Part shown: one piece after another, positions 1 through 13,712 of the stretch
How the letters are laid out: each line of letters opens with the position of its first letter
Position numbering within the stretch: position 1 is the stretch's first letter
Assembly: GCA_964016885.1 (NCBI GenBank)
Contig: OZ024749.1
Location: 2,232,001-2,296,000, forward strand
Origin: Eledone cirrhosa
Lineage: Eukaryota
Length of the DNA stretch: 64,000 nucleotides
Reading direction: 5' to 3'
Notes under the pieces: model-generated
What the model saw: the letters and a program-made list of their open reading frames with translations, nothing else
Database searches by the model: none
Told to the model about the DNA's origin: nothing
Position numbers and translations under genes: made by a program

Positions 1-13
1 CTAAACACTAATC

Positions 14-285
14 TTTATATTATATATTATATATGTACATATATAGATATTATATATATATTATATATGTACATATATAGATATTATATATATATTATAT
101 ATGTACATATATAGATATTATATATATATTATATATGTACATATATAGATATTATATATATATTATATATGTACATATATAGATATTATATATATATTAT
201 ATATGTACATATATAGATATTATATATGTACATATATATATATTATATATATTATATATGTACATATATAGATATTATATATAAA
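14..285. repeat. 34-bp AT-rich minisatellite (TATTATATATGTACATATATAGATATTATATATA), about 7-8 copies, grading into (TA)n/(CA)n up to ~1235
   Basis: ATATGTACAT recurs at 31, 65, 99... (period 34). Confidence 0.85.
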
Positions 286-530
286 CATATATATATATAA
301 TATATAGATAATTATATTATATATATACATATATATATATATATTATATATATACATATATATGTTATATATAAACATACATATATATTATATATATATA
401 TATACATACATATATATTATATATATATGCATATATATATTGTATATATACATATACATCTTATATATATACATATATATATATATTATATATATATGCA
501 TATATATATTGTATATATACATATACATCT

Positions 531-561
<31 letters not shown>

Positions 562-600
562 TATGTATATACGTATATATATATACATACACACACACAA

Positions 601-637
<37 letters not shown>

Positions 638-651
638 TATTATATACATAT

Positions 652-685
<34 letters not shown>

Positions 686-725
686 ATATTTATTTATATA
701 TATATATATAAATATTATATATATA

Positions 726-763
<38 letters not shown>

Positions 764-1023
764 TATTTATATATATAAATATTATATATATATATATAAA
801 TATTATACATATATTTATATATATATATAAATATTATATATATATATATTTATAAATATTATACATATATATATATATGCATATATATATTATATATATG
901 AAATATATATATATATATATACACACATATATATGTATATATACATATATATATATATGTACATATATCTATATATATATTCATATATATATATATATTA
1001 TATATACATATATATATATATAC

Positions 1024-1065
<42 letters not shown>

Positions 1066-1119
1066 ATATAATATTTATATACACATATATTATATATATA
1101 CATATATATATATATACAC

Positions 1120-1239
<120 letters not shown>

Positions 1240-1914
1240 ATACTTTGGGAGGGTCATATATTGGTGCGTTTGTTTTTCATAAAAAAAAACACTTTAGCAA
1301 CGCAACTGACATGAACAGAATATGATAGAAAGTAAAGAGACATTTTATTCTAATCTACACACACACACACACACACACACACCATACACACACATACACA
1401 CACACTCTCTCACACAGACAAACACACACAGACACTCACTCACTCACACAGACACATACACACACACAGAGTCAAAAATAAAACTAGAACAAAAACAAAA
1501 AGAAGCCTGTATTTTTTTTTTTCTATATATCTAATAAAATATTAAAGAAACGAATATAAAAAGGAGAAGAAAAAACCAACTCCTGGTAATAGAACAACAA
1601 GTTGATCTTTGATTTGATAGAATTTCCTAGCTAATAATTCTATCATCTGGTTAACTGATTCCCAGAGAAACATTTAACAATAACAAACAAACAAAAAAAT
1701 AAAGCAAAACAAAAATAAGAAACAAAAGATAAAACACATACAAAATGTTTTAGTCATTAATATTTTGTGTGTTTAGGTTTTTACACTTTGTTAAAGGTAT
1801 ACATTAGAAACGTTCGTTATAATAATTGAGACTACTATAGAATACATCTCTATAGACAGTTTATTGTACCTATTGAAAGCCGGAATAACAAAGTCATATT
1901 AGTATCGGGAAAAA

Positions 1915-1974
<60 letters not shown>

Positions 1975-2856
1975 ATATATATATGTATGTATATATATAT
2001 ATGTATGTATATATATATGTATATATATATATATATATGTATGTATATATATATGTATATATATATATATATATATTTATAGGGAATTTCCAGTGTAGAC
2101 AAGTAAGACCATTATTCAAGTAAGTACTCGATACTTAGGAACATAGAGTGTAGGTATTGTAGAGAGTTACTAAGCGACGCCCGAGGTCTCGCCGTTTCGA
2201 CGGCGATTAAATACCTGAATAATAAAACTCTAATAAGTCATGTGAATTGTGCAACACCAATTGATGGAACATATTAAAATAACTGGATTCCACGAAAATC
2301 TACCTTAATTTGAGGAAAGATCACTTCAATCGCTGCCCACACATACTGAAATACTTCCTACATAATATGAAGAATTCCGGACAACACCAGGTCACAACGT
2401 GCACTCCAAGCTTATCCTCACCCTCATTGCAAAAATTCCACCCCTATAATTTCTCTCTAGTATGATAAATAGTAAAATAAGGAAAAAAAAGAAGAAGAAA
2501 AAAGCGCCGCCTTCTATAAATTTTAACATGAGAATAGCAGCTAAAAACATTTTTGATCAATACCACGCTATAGCATTCCGGCCTACATAGATTCTGCTAC
2601 CCTAAATTACTGCTTTATAATTTACAAAAGTTAAAATAATTATTATGCTCCATTTTATAACTGGCAGTCAAACCCTACTACATCTCCCCTCTGCCATACA
2701 CGTCCTCTAGTTAAACATAGCTTTTTACTTTTCCAATATATCGGACTGACAAGGTACGGAAATATTCCCGCAGTGAAACGCGCGTATTCGACAGATGAAT
2801 GTGAATTTAACCTAATTCTTTTGTGTGTGTGTGTCTACATATATATATATATATAT

Positions 2857-3058
2857 GAAAATAGTCAGGACCCCGACGGCAGAGCTCCGGCCGTTTCGAC
2901 AGCTAGATCCGAAAAGTTCGGATTTAGCTGTCGAAACGGCCGGAGCTCTGCCGTCGGAGTCCTGACTCTTTTCCTATTACCCACTCTACTACCCTAAGTA
3001 TCGAGTACTCTGATGCGTTATGGTCCACCTGGTTCCTTACCAAACTTTCTTTGTTATA
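2857..3058 (+). mobile_element. PLE-like terminal fragment (family B) with a fold-back palindrome at 2857-2973 and the 3' half of a hammerhead
   Basis: Palindrome GTCAGGACCCCGACGGCAGAGCTCCGGCCGTTTCGAC...GTCGAAACGGCCGGAGCTCTGCCGTCGGAGTCCTGAC; same sequence at 12973-13185, 26725-26910, 43892-43970, diverged at 2120-2205; flanked by (TA)n. Confidence 0.7.
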
Positions 3059-3078
3059 TGTGTATATATATGTGTGTG

Positions 3079-3114
<36 letters not shown>

Positions 3115-3139
3115 ATTCAAGTGCGACAAATTGGCAGAA

Positions 3140-3760
3140 CTTGGTAGTATTCATCCCTGTCTCGTTGTAGAACAACATCAGCTTATAGATGTTCCAGAAG
3201 TTTACTGCATCAATTCAGTTCTGCTTATTTTACCTGAGGCCGTGAATTTGGCAAGATTTTTAATGTTTCGGATTAATGCCTTGATAATTGTTCCGGCACC
3301 CTGCGTTATGACCTCTAATCACGACTATGTCAACTTTAACATTCACCCTTTCCAGATGGACAAATCCAATACGTATTGGACAAATATAACACCTACTTAA
3401 TCGTTTCTCACCTCTTCACTTCAGTAAAACATCATTTTTTGAAGAATCCAGAATTAAGTTTCGGAAATAATTTTAAGAGATGCTGAAATCTTCCCCTACA
3501 TTTACTGGTCACAGAGGATGCCATTAAGACTACGTTTTAAATGGTGTCCTTACTGTGTAATGGCATGCAGAACTTCCCATTATTTTGTTTACATTAAATA
3601 GCTAAATACCTCAACGGCTAAATTTTGACATTTTCACAAAATCCCTGCTGGCTTCCTGTGCATTTCTCCAATATATATCTGCGCGATTTCGGCGCCAGTT
3701 TCAATTAAGGTTAATTTCTATTGCTATACAGGCGAGGCTTTTTCATTAACGGCACCTAGA
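3140..3760 (-). pseudogene. Possible heavily decayed pogo/Tigger transposase remnant
   Basis: Minus-strand fragments in the expected order: NEKA, EASRDF..KFSR..LFNV..GSSA (cf. KASRGWF..RLHN..GEAASAD), TQGAGTIIKA (cf. DQGVISTFKA), FWNIY; many stops. Confidence 0.3.
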
Positions 3761-4051
3761 AAGCTGCATTTAAATACAACAAACTCTTGGAAATATATCA
3801 ATAGATTGCAAATGCGTATAAGGAAGTAAGTTATAAACGGTGTTAGCAAGAAACGGAACGGAAAGAGTGAAAAGAAAGAATATGTGAGAAAGGAGACAGT
3901 GTTTAAGTTGAAAGCTAGTCATAAATAAATATCGATGAATAGATAAGATAAAGTAAGGGCGGAAATCCTATAGACATGCATTCAGGTACATCCTTAGATG
4001 TAGATAGATAGACAGGTAGGTTGGTTACTCTCACCTTCTCACTCCTTCTCC

Positions 4052-4095
<44 letters not shown>

Positions 4096-4125
4096 ATACG
4101 CACACACATATATATATCTACATAC

Positions 4126-4201
<76 letters not shown>

Positions 4202-4228
4202 AATCGCGAGCTGTGTTGTTGCAAATAT

Positions 4229-4475
4229 GATATATATAATAAATGAAGAATTAGAAATAGAGGCCGGGACTATCCGTCATCAGTGGTCTACTAGCCATCA
4301 TACATATTTCATCATACGTGGAGAAAGCGGCTCATTCTCCACCCAACTCTTTTTATCCCAATAACTTAATTTAGTTAGTGCACTGCCCTAGCCGGAGGTA
4401 TATGGTCTCTAATGCGAAGAAATACCTATGATGGCTAGTAGACCACTATTTCTAATTCTTCATTTATTATATATA
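4229..4475. mobile_element. PLE-like fragment with inverted ends between (TA)n tracts
   Basis: ATAATAAATGAAGAATTAGAAATAG and AGTGGTCTACTAGCCATCATA are mirrored at 4427-4472; truncated CTGATGA-CGGA on the minus strand at ~4270-4283. Confidence 0.5.
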
Positions 4476-4487
4476 TATATATATATA

Positions 4488-4543
<56 letters not shown>

Positions 4544-4973
4544 CAGAGAGGAGAGAGGGGAGAGAGGGGAGAGATGGGAAGGTACTTAGATATGCATGTA
4601 TGTAGTTAGGCAGGTAGCTAGGTAGATATGTCGGAAGGTAAAACTAACCAACCTGTGTTATATTAATATAAAGATCTGATATATGACTTGGATAGATATA
4701 TGATTCTAATTGACTGATGTGTTTCACAGAGTAGAACTTGGAAACGGTTTCAAGTTAAGAATTCTTCAAAGATATATATCTCTTGTTTCCTTGCATTAAA
4801 TTCAACACCCATCATCGTTTAAATACTCTACTGTGCAGTTTCCTCCATTTTAAGCTGCTTACCTAGAATTCCTTCATACGTCACTCCGACATTTCTCTTT
4901 CACTATTTCTCATTATTTCTCCAGTTCATCTTTACTCTCTCTCTCTCTCACATATTTCTCTCTCCTATATTTC

Positions 4974-5254
<281 letters not shown>

Positions 5255-5256
<2 letters not shown>

Positions 5257-5853
5257 GTCGAACAACTGCTGTCAAGGGTGGGACCGATCCGGTTGACCAC
5301 CGAGTCTATTGTAATGATCAAGCCGCCTCCCCCCTTCAAAGATGAAGCAGAGGCGGTGTTTCTGTGCATAATAGCCATGGCGAAAGAGGTTGTATGGTGG
5401 ACGCGTCTGAAAGGACTGAGGTCGGGCACCTTTCTCTCTGGCCAACAACTGGTCCGTTTCTTCCGATATCATTTCGGAAGAAGGATCAGGATGGAGAGAG
5501 AGGTGCTGCACCCCAGCCGTTTCTATGAAAGATGGGTGAAAGTGGCGAGAATGGCCCGTGTGAATGGGCCTTCACTCTACATCAGACTATAGGTGAGGAA
5601 GATGAAAGACCAAGGGAGCACCCCTTCTCTGTGCTCCTGAGGAGAAGGGTTGCACACTTTTTTCGGGGGTGTGTGCGACCCCCCAAGGCGCCTCCTCTCT
5701 ATTGAGGATTTTGTTAAACATTTTATTTTTTGTTATATCTTATTTTATTTTTATATTTTGTTATTGCCTCCTCCTTATTGAGGACGCCTTTTTGTGTAAA
5801 CTCCCCCCATTGTACTTGTCCCACTTTTGATGCCCTAGTGGCAAATAAAAGAA
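5255..5853 (+). mobile_element. 5'-truncated L1/Tx1-type non-LTR retrotransposon 3' end (ORF2 C-terminus to stop at 5592, then 3' UTR)
   Basis: Open frame ...[19 protein letters not shown]...FYERWVK...* resembles the L1/Tx1 ORF2 C-terminal AKxxxWxxR...F..RW motif; T-rich 3' UTR ends GTGGCAAATAAAAGAAA then resumes (ATCT)n. Confidence 0.75.
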
Positions 5854-6184
5854 ATATATCTATCTTTCTATCTATCTATATATCTATAGATATCCATCTA
5901 TCTACTTCTCTCTCTCTCTCTCTCCTCCTCCTCCTCCTCCTCCTCCTCCTCCTCCTCCTCCTCCACACACACACAAATAGCTTTATTTCCTTCTGTGACC
6001 TATTTTATCTCTCATTCGTTCATAATTTCTTTCTATTTTCTTTTCTCCCTGTCTTTGTCTCCTTCACTCTAAATTCTGTTTCTCTTCTTCCCAGTAAATC
6101 TTTCAACTCATATTTCAGCTTCAATGTAGAAAGCTTATTCTGTCTTCTTCCCTCTCTGTCTACAAGCCACGAAACCATACAAGT

Positions 6185-6306
6185 TACCATCCCACCATCC
6201 CACTAACCTACCATCCCACCAAGCTACCATCCCACCAACCTACCATCCCACTAACCTACCACCCCACCAACCTACACTCCCACCAACCTACCATCCCACT
6301 AACCAA
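6185..6306. repeat. 16-bp minisatellite CCTACCATCCCAC(C/T)AA, about 7 copies
   Basis: Direct inspection. Confidence 0.85.
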
Positions 6307-6440
6307 CCAGTAACCCTAACAATACACTACACACATATTATATAACCTTGTATCACTCCCCATCGTCAATACTTACAGACCACTCTCTCTTTCTGCCATT
6401 CAGCATCTCCTCTTCCCCTTCCATTATATATGTATATATA

Positions 6441-6626
6441 GGGCGGTGGATTGGCAGTATAAGTAGAGTCGGACGCCATGCTTTCCAGCATAGTTACGTC
6501 CCTTTACAATCTGAGTTCAAATCCCGCCGAGGTTGACTTTGCCTTTCATCCTTACGGGGTCGATAAAATAAAGTACCAGTAATGTACTGGGTAATTGCTG
6601 GCCTTGTGCCTAACGTAGAAACAATT
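6441..6626 (+). mobile_element. tRNA-derived SINE with Meta-domain-like body
   Basis: A-box-like TGGCAGTATAAG, B-box GAGTTCAAATCC, conserved GACTTTGCCTTTCATCCTTACGGGGTCGATAAAATAAAGTACC; more than 10 copies in the window. Confidence 0.85.
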
Positions 6627-6962
6627 ATATATATATATATATAGATATATATATATCAGACAGTATTATTGATTTAGGTGTCATAGAAACCTTGCATTTG
6701 GATTTTACCATCAATTCCATTGGGTCCAGGTCTGTTTTTATCATTTATTTTGTTTGACCTGTTAAGGTTGATTTTTTTTGGGGGGGGGGGGGGGGGGGGG
6801 GCTTAGGTGGTTAATGCCTTCTTGACCACTTTTTCAGTTTCTATGGCGTTTTAACATATTGTTTAGCTATAGTTTTTTAAACTATTGGAGTGCTTGCCAG
6901 CATTTCTATGATTTTGCGTTTCGTTTCGCTTTTTCTACCCGCCGAAATACGATTCTCGCTGA

Positions 6963-7018
<56 letters not shown>

Positions 7019-7290
7019 TTTACACCTAATTGTGTTTAGTTGACTGTATATCTGGTCGATGTTTACATGCTGTCGAAATGTTAGATAAATACTCTATCGT
7101 GGCCACCGCGAAGGGGCTGCTTTCGGTTATTTGTCGGAGATTTCTCATAGGAGCCTTTATTCTTATAGCTTGGTCTAATTGATTTTTTATATGGTTAATT
7201 ATGCTAATTGGGAGAGGAAATGGTATATATTATATCTAGTGATTCTAAAGACATATTTTATGATATGATATATATATATATATATATATA

Positions 7291-7648
7291 TATAAAGAAA
7301 AAGAGATGAAATCGAAAATGCAACTGAAGTCTTATTTTTTTTAAAAATATATATATTTATTTGGTTCCTTTACCGGTTTCGCAGTTCTTCTGCTTTTCAA
7401 AAGGTGAGTTGAGATGGAGGGTCTGTGGTTTTTCTCACACAGATGTGAGAAAAACCACAGACCCTCCATCTCAACTCACCTTTTGAAAAGCAGAAGAACT
7501 GCGAAACCGGTAAAGGAACCAAATAAATATATATATTTAAAAAAAAAATAAGACTTCAGTTGCATTTTCGATTTCATCTCTTTTTCTTTATACTTCCACT
7601 CGTGTAGGACACCTCGGTTATTTTTCATTTTGTAAAAAAAAACCTCAC

Positions 7649-7655
<7 letters not shown>
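7291..7655. mobile_element. ~300-bp near-perfect palindrome (7291-7592, centre ~7440) of a dispersed repeat (family C, PLE-like)
   Basis: Arms are reverse complements; same sequence at 45173-45320 and 45917-46070; flanked by (TA)n. Confidence 0.8.
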
Positions 7656-7711
<56 letters not shown>

Positions 7712-8775
7712 ATCTTAAAATACTCAAGTCAGCAACTTTTAGACTGACACCGTTAAATAAAATACATATTCCAACCCACACACAAGTTAAAAGTAACCTA
7801 AACACACGAATGCAATATTCTCATATACATATATACATTAACATACGCAATTCCTAAATAAGTATGTGCTCACACATACACGATAGATGTACACACCCGC
7901 ATCCCTTGCAAATGCGGGTTCCTTTCTCTCGCTCATTCCCTAACATTACTTTAAGACACACACACACACTCTCTCTCACTCTCTCTCATTCATTCATTAT
8001 TGTAGTTGGTGTTTCACCACTGGATAGAACCACGTATAGTTAGCCTTGATGTGATAGTATAAAAAGCACTCAACGTAACGCAATTCAATCACTTTCATGC
8101 AAGAACCTGTTGGTGGTACGTGAAAGGAGTTAAACATTATTGAATAAAACGACAGGATAGTTGAAATTTCTTTAAAATTTTTTTTTAATTTTGCAGACAC
8201 TAAATATACTAGCAGAAAAACCGCCCAATGGGTGGTTTTCTGCTTGCATGTGTAGCGTATATATTGTTATTATACACAAATATATATGCATGTAAATATG
8301 ATACGTCAAATAAAATCGTAATAGACAATATACACAGAAATTGAACAAAGTCTATGTTACACTGCCTATATAAACTGCATTAGGAGAAAATTAGCGACGG
8401 TAATATAAGCGACTATAAGTGTTATAATTTAACGGCCGCTAACCGCAAGTGTTGTCATTTGATAATTTTAAAGAAGTGAATTTTAAAGATTAAGCTATAA
8501 AATAAATTTAATCAACAGCCACGAAATGTAGCACATAAATTATGTAATATTCATTCATCATTTATTCAAAGTAATCCAACTTATTTTACAAACGGAGTAA
8601 AAATATATTCTGGACGCAATCCTGCAGACCTTCCTTTATTATAGTTAAGATTTCAATATATTCAATCGAACCAAGTAGAATTAGGGTACCTCAGATTCAA
8701 ATTTCTCTAATTTTATTTTTTCTCTCCATGTTCCCAGTTTGTGTTACTATGATTCCTTTATAACTGTTATGCAAT

Positions 8776-8827
8776 ACATCTGATGATGTCGCTGGAATTC
8801 TACTGGTCATTGAAATATATATAGTGT
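8776..8827 (+). ncRNA. Minimal type I hammerhead ribozyme motif (stem II partly decayed)
   Basis: ACAT-CTGATGA-tgtcgctggaattctactggtcatt-GAAA-tatata-TA-GTGT; stem I ACAT/GTGT, palindromic stem III. Confidence 0.55.
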
Positions 8828-8891
8828 TTGCAAAAGTAATACTTTAAAGGAATTTCAACAATCTGGCTTCGTATAAATATATATATATATA

Positions 8892-9777
8892 CGAGGTGTG
8901 TCAGAAACGTTCCAGGACTGATGTCACAAAAGATTTATTTTAAACCCAAACTTCACACTAAGAATTTTCTCCTTCAAAGTAATCCCCCTGGAGTATGTAA
9001 CTGTAATCTTACTCTCTGCAGCGATCAAACTTTTTTCTTCATAATTTTATATACATGTCCTCTGTTTCAGGTCGTCAAGCAATGCGCACAGAGCAACGAA
9101 CAAACCTTAAGTTTCTGGTACGGTTGGGGGAAAAACTCCGTCAGAAGCACTGGGATTGTTGCAGCAAGTGTATGGAGATGAGACGATGTCACGCTCACAT
9201 ATTTTTGAGTGGTGCAAGATGATCCCAGTAGCGGAAGGCCCTCAACAACCAGGACTTAGGTCAACGTTGAGCGCGTCAGGCAGATGGTGCGTAGCGATCA
9301 TCGGCTGACTGTTCGACTGATGGTAAATGAGCTGGGCATCAATCGGGCCAGCGTCTGGAAGATTCTCACTGCAGATTTGGACATGCGGAAAGTCTGCGCG
9401 AAGATGGTGCCAAAACTGCTGAACGATGACCAGAAGGGTCGACGCATGCAAGTGTGCCAGGACCTCCTTGAGCGTCTTGAAACCGAACCAGACTTGCTAG
9501 GGACAGTCATTACAGGTGATGAGTCATGGAACTTCGAGTACGACCCGGAGGGGATCCATTTTGAAGACGTCGACGACATCAAAAAAGCCGTGACGACGTA
9601 ACTGCGGAGGATCCCGGAAGAATCCTTCCAGGAGTGCATGCAAGCGTGGCAGAAAAGGATGGAAAAGTTCATTAGACTCCAGGGAGATTATTTGAAGGAG
9701 AAAACTCTTAGTGTGAAGTTTGGGTTTGAAATAAATCTTTTGTGACATCAGTCCTGGAACTTTTCTGACACACCTCG
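8892..9777 (+). mobile_element. Mariner (Tc1/mariner) DNA transposon, internally deleted, non-autonomous
   Basis: TA duplicated at both ends; inverted termini CGAGGTGTGTCAGAAA(C/A)GTTCCAGGACTGATGTCACAAAAG, inverted similarity extends ~100 bp. Confidence 0.95.
9082..9720 (+). pseudogene. Mariner transposase pseudogene
   Basis: MRTEQRTNLKFLVRLG/KTPSEA..VYGDETMSRS, SGRPST, KVCAKMVPKLL, VITGDESW.FEYDPE fused directly to GIHFEDVDDIK, C-terminal GDYFEGE; frameshifts, a stop and loss of most of the catalytic domain. Confidence 0.92.
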
Positions 9778-10034
9778 TATATATGTGTACTATGATGGTG
9801 GCAAATTGTTGACAGAGTCCTTCGAACAAATGCTAGAATACTTTGCGGTGTTTGTTCGCAGTCTGACCAACATATAAGTATTCCTTTTTAAGACGGTAGT
9901 TAGAACTTACTTAACACGTGGTCTCAACGATTTATCTATTCCTGTACACTAGAAGACGGTGAACTAGTAGAGCGGTTGGAACGTCAGATAGTATGCCTTG
10001 CCTTATTTCTTCCATCCCTTTGCCCACTGATTTA

Positions 10035-10592
10035 AATTCCTACGAAGGTCAACCTAATGATGACTGCATATCTTCTTGCTGACCTCGACACTTGTATCCG
10101 AGCGGCAGCTAAGGAGATATGCAACGTCAGGTTTGATGACATTGGATGGCAACAGGCCACCGTTCTTGATAGATATGGTGACCTTGGCTTCCGGTCCCCG
10201 ATCTCGCTAGCTTTGCCGGTAACCTCGTGCCACGTCATCATCAACAAGTTTCTCCTAAATACAATGGAACCCACTGTGATCGAGGAATGTGAGGCCGCCT
10301 GTCAAATGTGGAACCGGCTTGGACTTAGACCAGTAGACGTCCCTCCTCCTTCTGCTCCCCAAGGTATTTGGGATGCCATCCAGTGCAATCTGGTCTCAGA
10401 CAGGTTAGTGTGCCAGCTTGACCAGCACCGCATTGCATGTTTTCGCACGGTCTCACAACTCCACAGCGGTTCCTGGCTCCATGCCTTGCCCCTCCCTTCT
10501 CCGCAGGCAGACAGCTGGACAAAGATAGCCTGCACATCCGGGTTTCCCTGCGGCTTGGCCCCTGGATCTGCGAGCCACACAAATGTGGCTAA
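10035..10592 (+). mobile_element. CRE-clade-like (restriction-like endonuclease) non-LTR retrotransposon remnant, region downstream of RT
   Basis: WQQATV..YGDLGFRSPISLALP (cf. W.QA.LP..GGLG.RS...A.P), HSGSWLHALP, then after a frameshift GRQLDKDSLHIRVSLRLGPWICEPHKCG. Confidence 0.75.
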
Positions 10593-10647
10593 AAATCTAC
10601 CGTGGACACATTCTCCTCCTCTTTCTCTTCCCCTATCACACACACAT

Positions 10648-10762
<115 letters not shown>

Positions 10763-11099
10763 CTGCATCTCAGTTGTAAGAATTGCTATCCCTTGACATG
10801 TTTCTCATACATTGGCGACAGGAACATTTAACCGTGCCATATGCTGCAGTGAAAGAAATAGAGTTGGATATATTCAGGAAACCTCTCTGAATACAGATCA
10901 ACGGATGTCTGGTTACAGTTGTTTACAAAAGAAGAATTGGTCAACATCAGTTCTCCTTCTCCCAGAAAGATGGCCAAACAACTCCCCATAGACAGATACT
11001 GGCTGTTTAGGCACAATACCGAGTATTTCCTTACATACATATATTTTCACAAATACACACACACACACAACCGATATATATAGTCTAACAAAGTTCTTT

Positions 11100-11730
11100 C
11101 GTTGCACATCTGCAACATCATCAGTGAGTGTGTTCAGTTATTACTTCCGGCAATATTATTACAACAATATGACCCTCCCCAAGTAGAACAATATTTGTTT
11201 CAACACACGATTTCATATCAAAAACCTCCCAAAACAAATACCTATGCACACTCACTCCTACAACAACCCCTCCCCACACACATGCAAGGTCACTCCTACA
11301 ACACCCTCCTCCCCACACACATGCACACTCCACTCACTCATATAACAAACACCCTCACACATACAACGACAAGAACAGCACACCACACACATGACCACTA
11401 ATATTTAGAAACACACACATACAACAGAGCAACACATACAACCCCAACTAACACTCATTCACACATACACACACACACACACACACACCCACACACACAC
11501 ATATGTAAACAAGGATGATTTATGTAGAGAAGATCGTATTAGAAATATGTATATATATATAGATATATATATATATATATAGATATATATATACATATAT
11601 ATAAATATATATATTATATATGTATATATATATATATGTATATATATGTATATATATATATATACATATTTCTAATACGATCTTCTCTACATAAATCATC
11701 CTTGTTTACATATGTGTGTGTGGGTGTGGG
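11100..11730 (+). mobile_element. Probable decayed PLE 3' fragment with CA-rich tail, and an inverted duplication 11485-11560 / 11655-11730
   Basis: CATATGTAAACAAGGATGATTTATGTAGAGAAGATCGTATTAGAAATATG is mirrored across a (TA)n tract; architecture like 46880-48660. Confidence 0.4.
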
Positions 11731-11737
11731 TATATAA

Positions 11738-11786
<49 letters not shown>

Positions 11787-11787
11787 C

Positions 11788-11893
<106 letters not shown>

Positions 11894-11896
11894 GTA

Positions 11897-11981
<85 letters not shown>

Positions 11982-11997
11982 TATACATATATATATG

Positions 11998-12087
<90 letters not shown>

Positions 12088-12091
<4 letters not shown>

Positions 12092-12332
12092 ATCGAAGAA
12101 ATTGTTGAAAGAGAAGCAAGCCGTTAAAATATATTTATAAGAAGCTCTTACACACGTTACGCCCAAGTTGGTCTCTTCAGACGCCCACAAGAAAGTAAGG
12201 GTTTAATTCAGGGTTCCTAATTAAACTCTTTATTTTCTTGTGAGGAGACCAACTTGGGCGTAACATGTGTCAGAGTTTCTTATAAATATATTTTAACAGC
12301 TCGCTTCTCTTTCATCTATTTCTTCGATTATA
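12088..12332. mobile_element. ~245-bp imperfect palindrome (PLE terminus) containing a decayed hammerhead at 12144-12185 (minus strand)
   Basis: Minus strand: gcgt-CTGAAGA-gacc aactt gggc-GTAA-c gtgt g-TA-agagc; arms mirror around ~12213. Confidence 0.65.
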
Positions 12333-12816
12333 ATTGATCTGCTTAAATTCTCACACTAACTATTAACGCTTCTAATATTTAAGCCTATCTGCAGAAACAT
12401 CGAGTACAAATGCACCTGCTTATGGCAATTAATTATCTGTATCGTCTCCTCCTATAACGCTTCTTCTCTCTATATTCTCTCTCACGATACTGTAACATTT
12501 TATTATATATATATATATATATATATATGGATAAGTGTTTCAAACTTTATTTTATCATGAGTTAAAGGTCTATAGATTTTTCCCTGGATTTTACTAAATT
12601 CTGTGGATGAATTTATATCCTGATTCTCTTTTGAGATGAGTTTGAGTTATTTTTCCTAAATCTTTCGTTAACTACTTTTCCCATCTTGACGTTATAGTCG
12701 CATATATGTTATAGAATGCCGTTAGCTTCTTGCTAAAACAATCTCTATACCTCTCATTCATATATATATATATATATGATATTAATAAATGGAAACTATA
12801 TTTATAAATCCATATT

Positions 12817-12877
12817 TATTCTATTATATATATTTCAAGGGTACCAAGACTTTGGTACGCTCTCATCAGATAAAATA
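12817..12877 (-). ncRNA. Intact minimal type I hammerhead ribozyme (family A) inside a ~165-bp dispersed repeat (12778-12940)
   Basis: TATTTTAT-CTGATGA-GAGCGTACCA aagtct TGGTACCCTT-GAAA-tatata-TA-ATAGAATA: 8-bp stem I, ~9-bp stem II, full core, palindromic stem III. Confidence 0.85.
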
Positions 12878-12972
12878 CAAAATTTGCTTTATAAATAATG
12901 ACATACCCAGGAATCAGACCTTAACGGTTCAAGTTCCGTTTATATATTTATATATATATATATATATATATA

Positions 12973-13185
12973 TAGGAAGGAGGTGTGGCAAGGAACCAGA
13001 TGGACCATAACGCACCAGGGTACACAATACTTAGGGTAGTAGAGTAGGTAATAGGAACAAGTTTAACCCCGATGGCAGAGCTCAAGCCGTTTCAACGTCT
13101 ATTTCTGGACTAAAACGGCTATTTCTAGTCTAGAAATAGCTGTCGAAACGGCTTGAGCTCTGCCGTCGGGGTTAAACTTTTTCCT
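12973..13185. mobile_element. Family B PLE-like terminus with fold-back palindrome (13052-13185)
   Basis: AACCCCGATGGCAGAGCTCAAGCCGTTTC...GAAACGGCTTGAGCTCTGCCGTCGGGGTT; (TA)n on both sides. Confidence 0.7.
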
Positions 13186-13681
13186 ATATATATATATACC
13201 ATGACTCTGATACTATGTGGAATAAGATCCCTGTTGAGAGGTTTTCTGTGTGCTTGCATGTGTGTTTATATATTAGTTCAGTGTATATGTTCCGGTAAAA
13301 GTGAAACACAGCATTAAGAATGATGAACCGATGAATTTTAACTGAAACCCCTATGTAGTGTTTGTTCCAGTTGAGTAGCAGATACATTCCCTTGCCAGAG
13401 CCGCCATCTTGGATGCAATCATGCAGACGTTACTCCGTTGGCAACTGTAACTAAGAACTTTCTTCTTATATTTTACACAAAATGGTATTTAAATAGGACA
13501 TAAATATAGACATCACAATATATATATATATATATTCACACATACGTATATAATTATATATATATAATATATATATAGAGAGAGAGAGGGGGAGAGAGAG
13601 AAACATTTCTATCACATACCCTCACAAGACACATCTGAGAAAACACGCATACCCACATATTTATACACACACGCACACATG

Positions 13682-13712
<31 letters not shown>

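Noticed and set aside
2083-2107. Micro-exon TTTATAG|GGAATTTCCAGTGTAGACAA|GTAAG
   Set aside because: No polypyrimidine tract (preceded by TA repeat) and adjacent to a diverged family B repeat
4712-4756. Hammerhead-like CTGATGT...GAAAC (also 9945-9990 and 52755-52795)
   Set aside because: Core mismatches and no convincing stems; cannot be distinguished from chance
6441-6530. tRNA gene (also the other A/B-box hits)
   Set aside because: No cloverleaf; continues into a multi-copy SINE body
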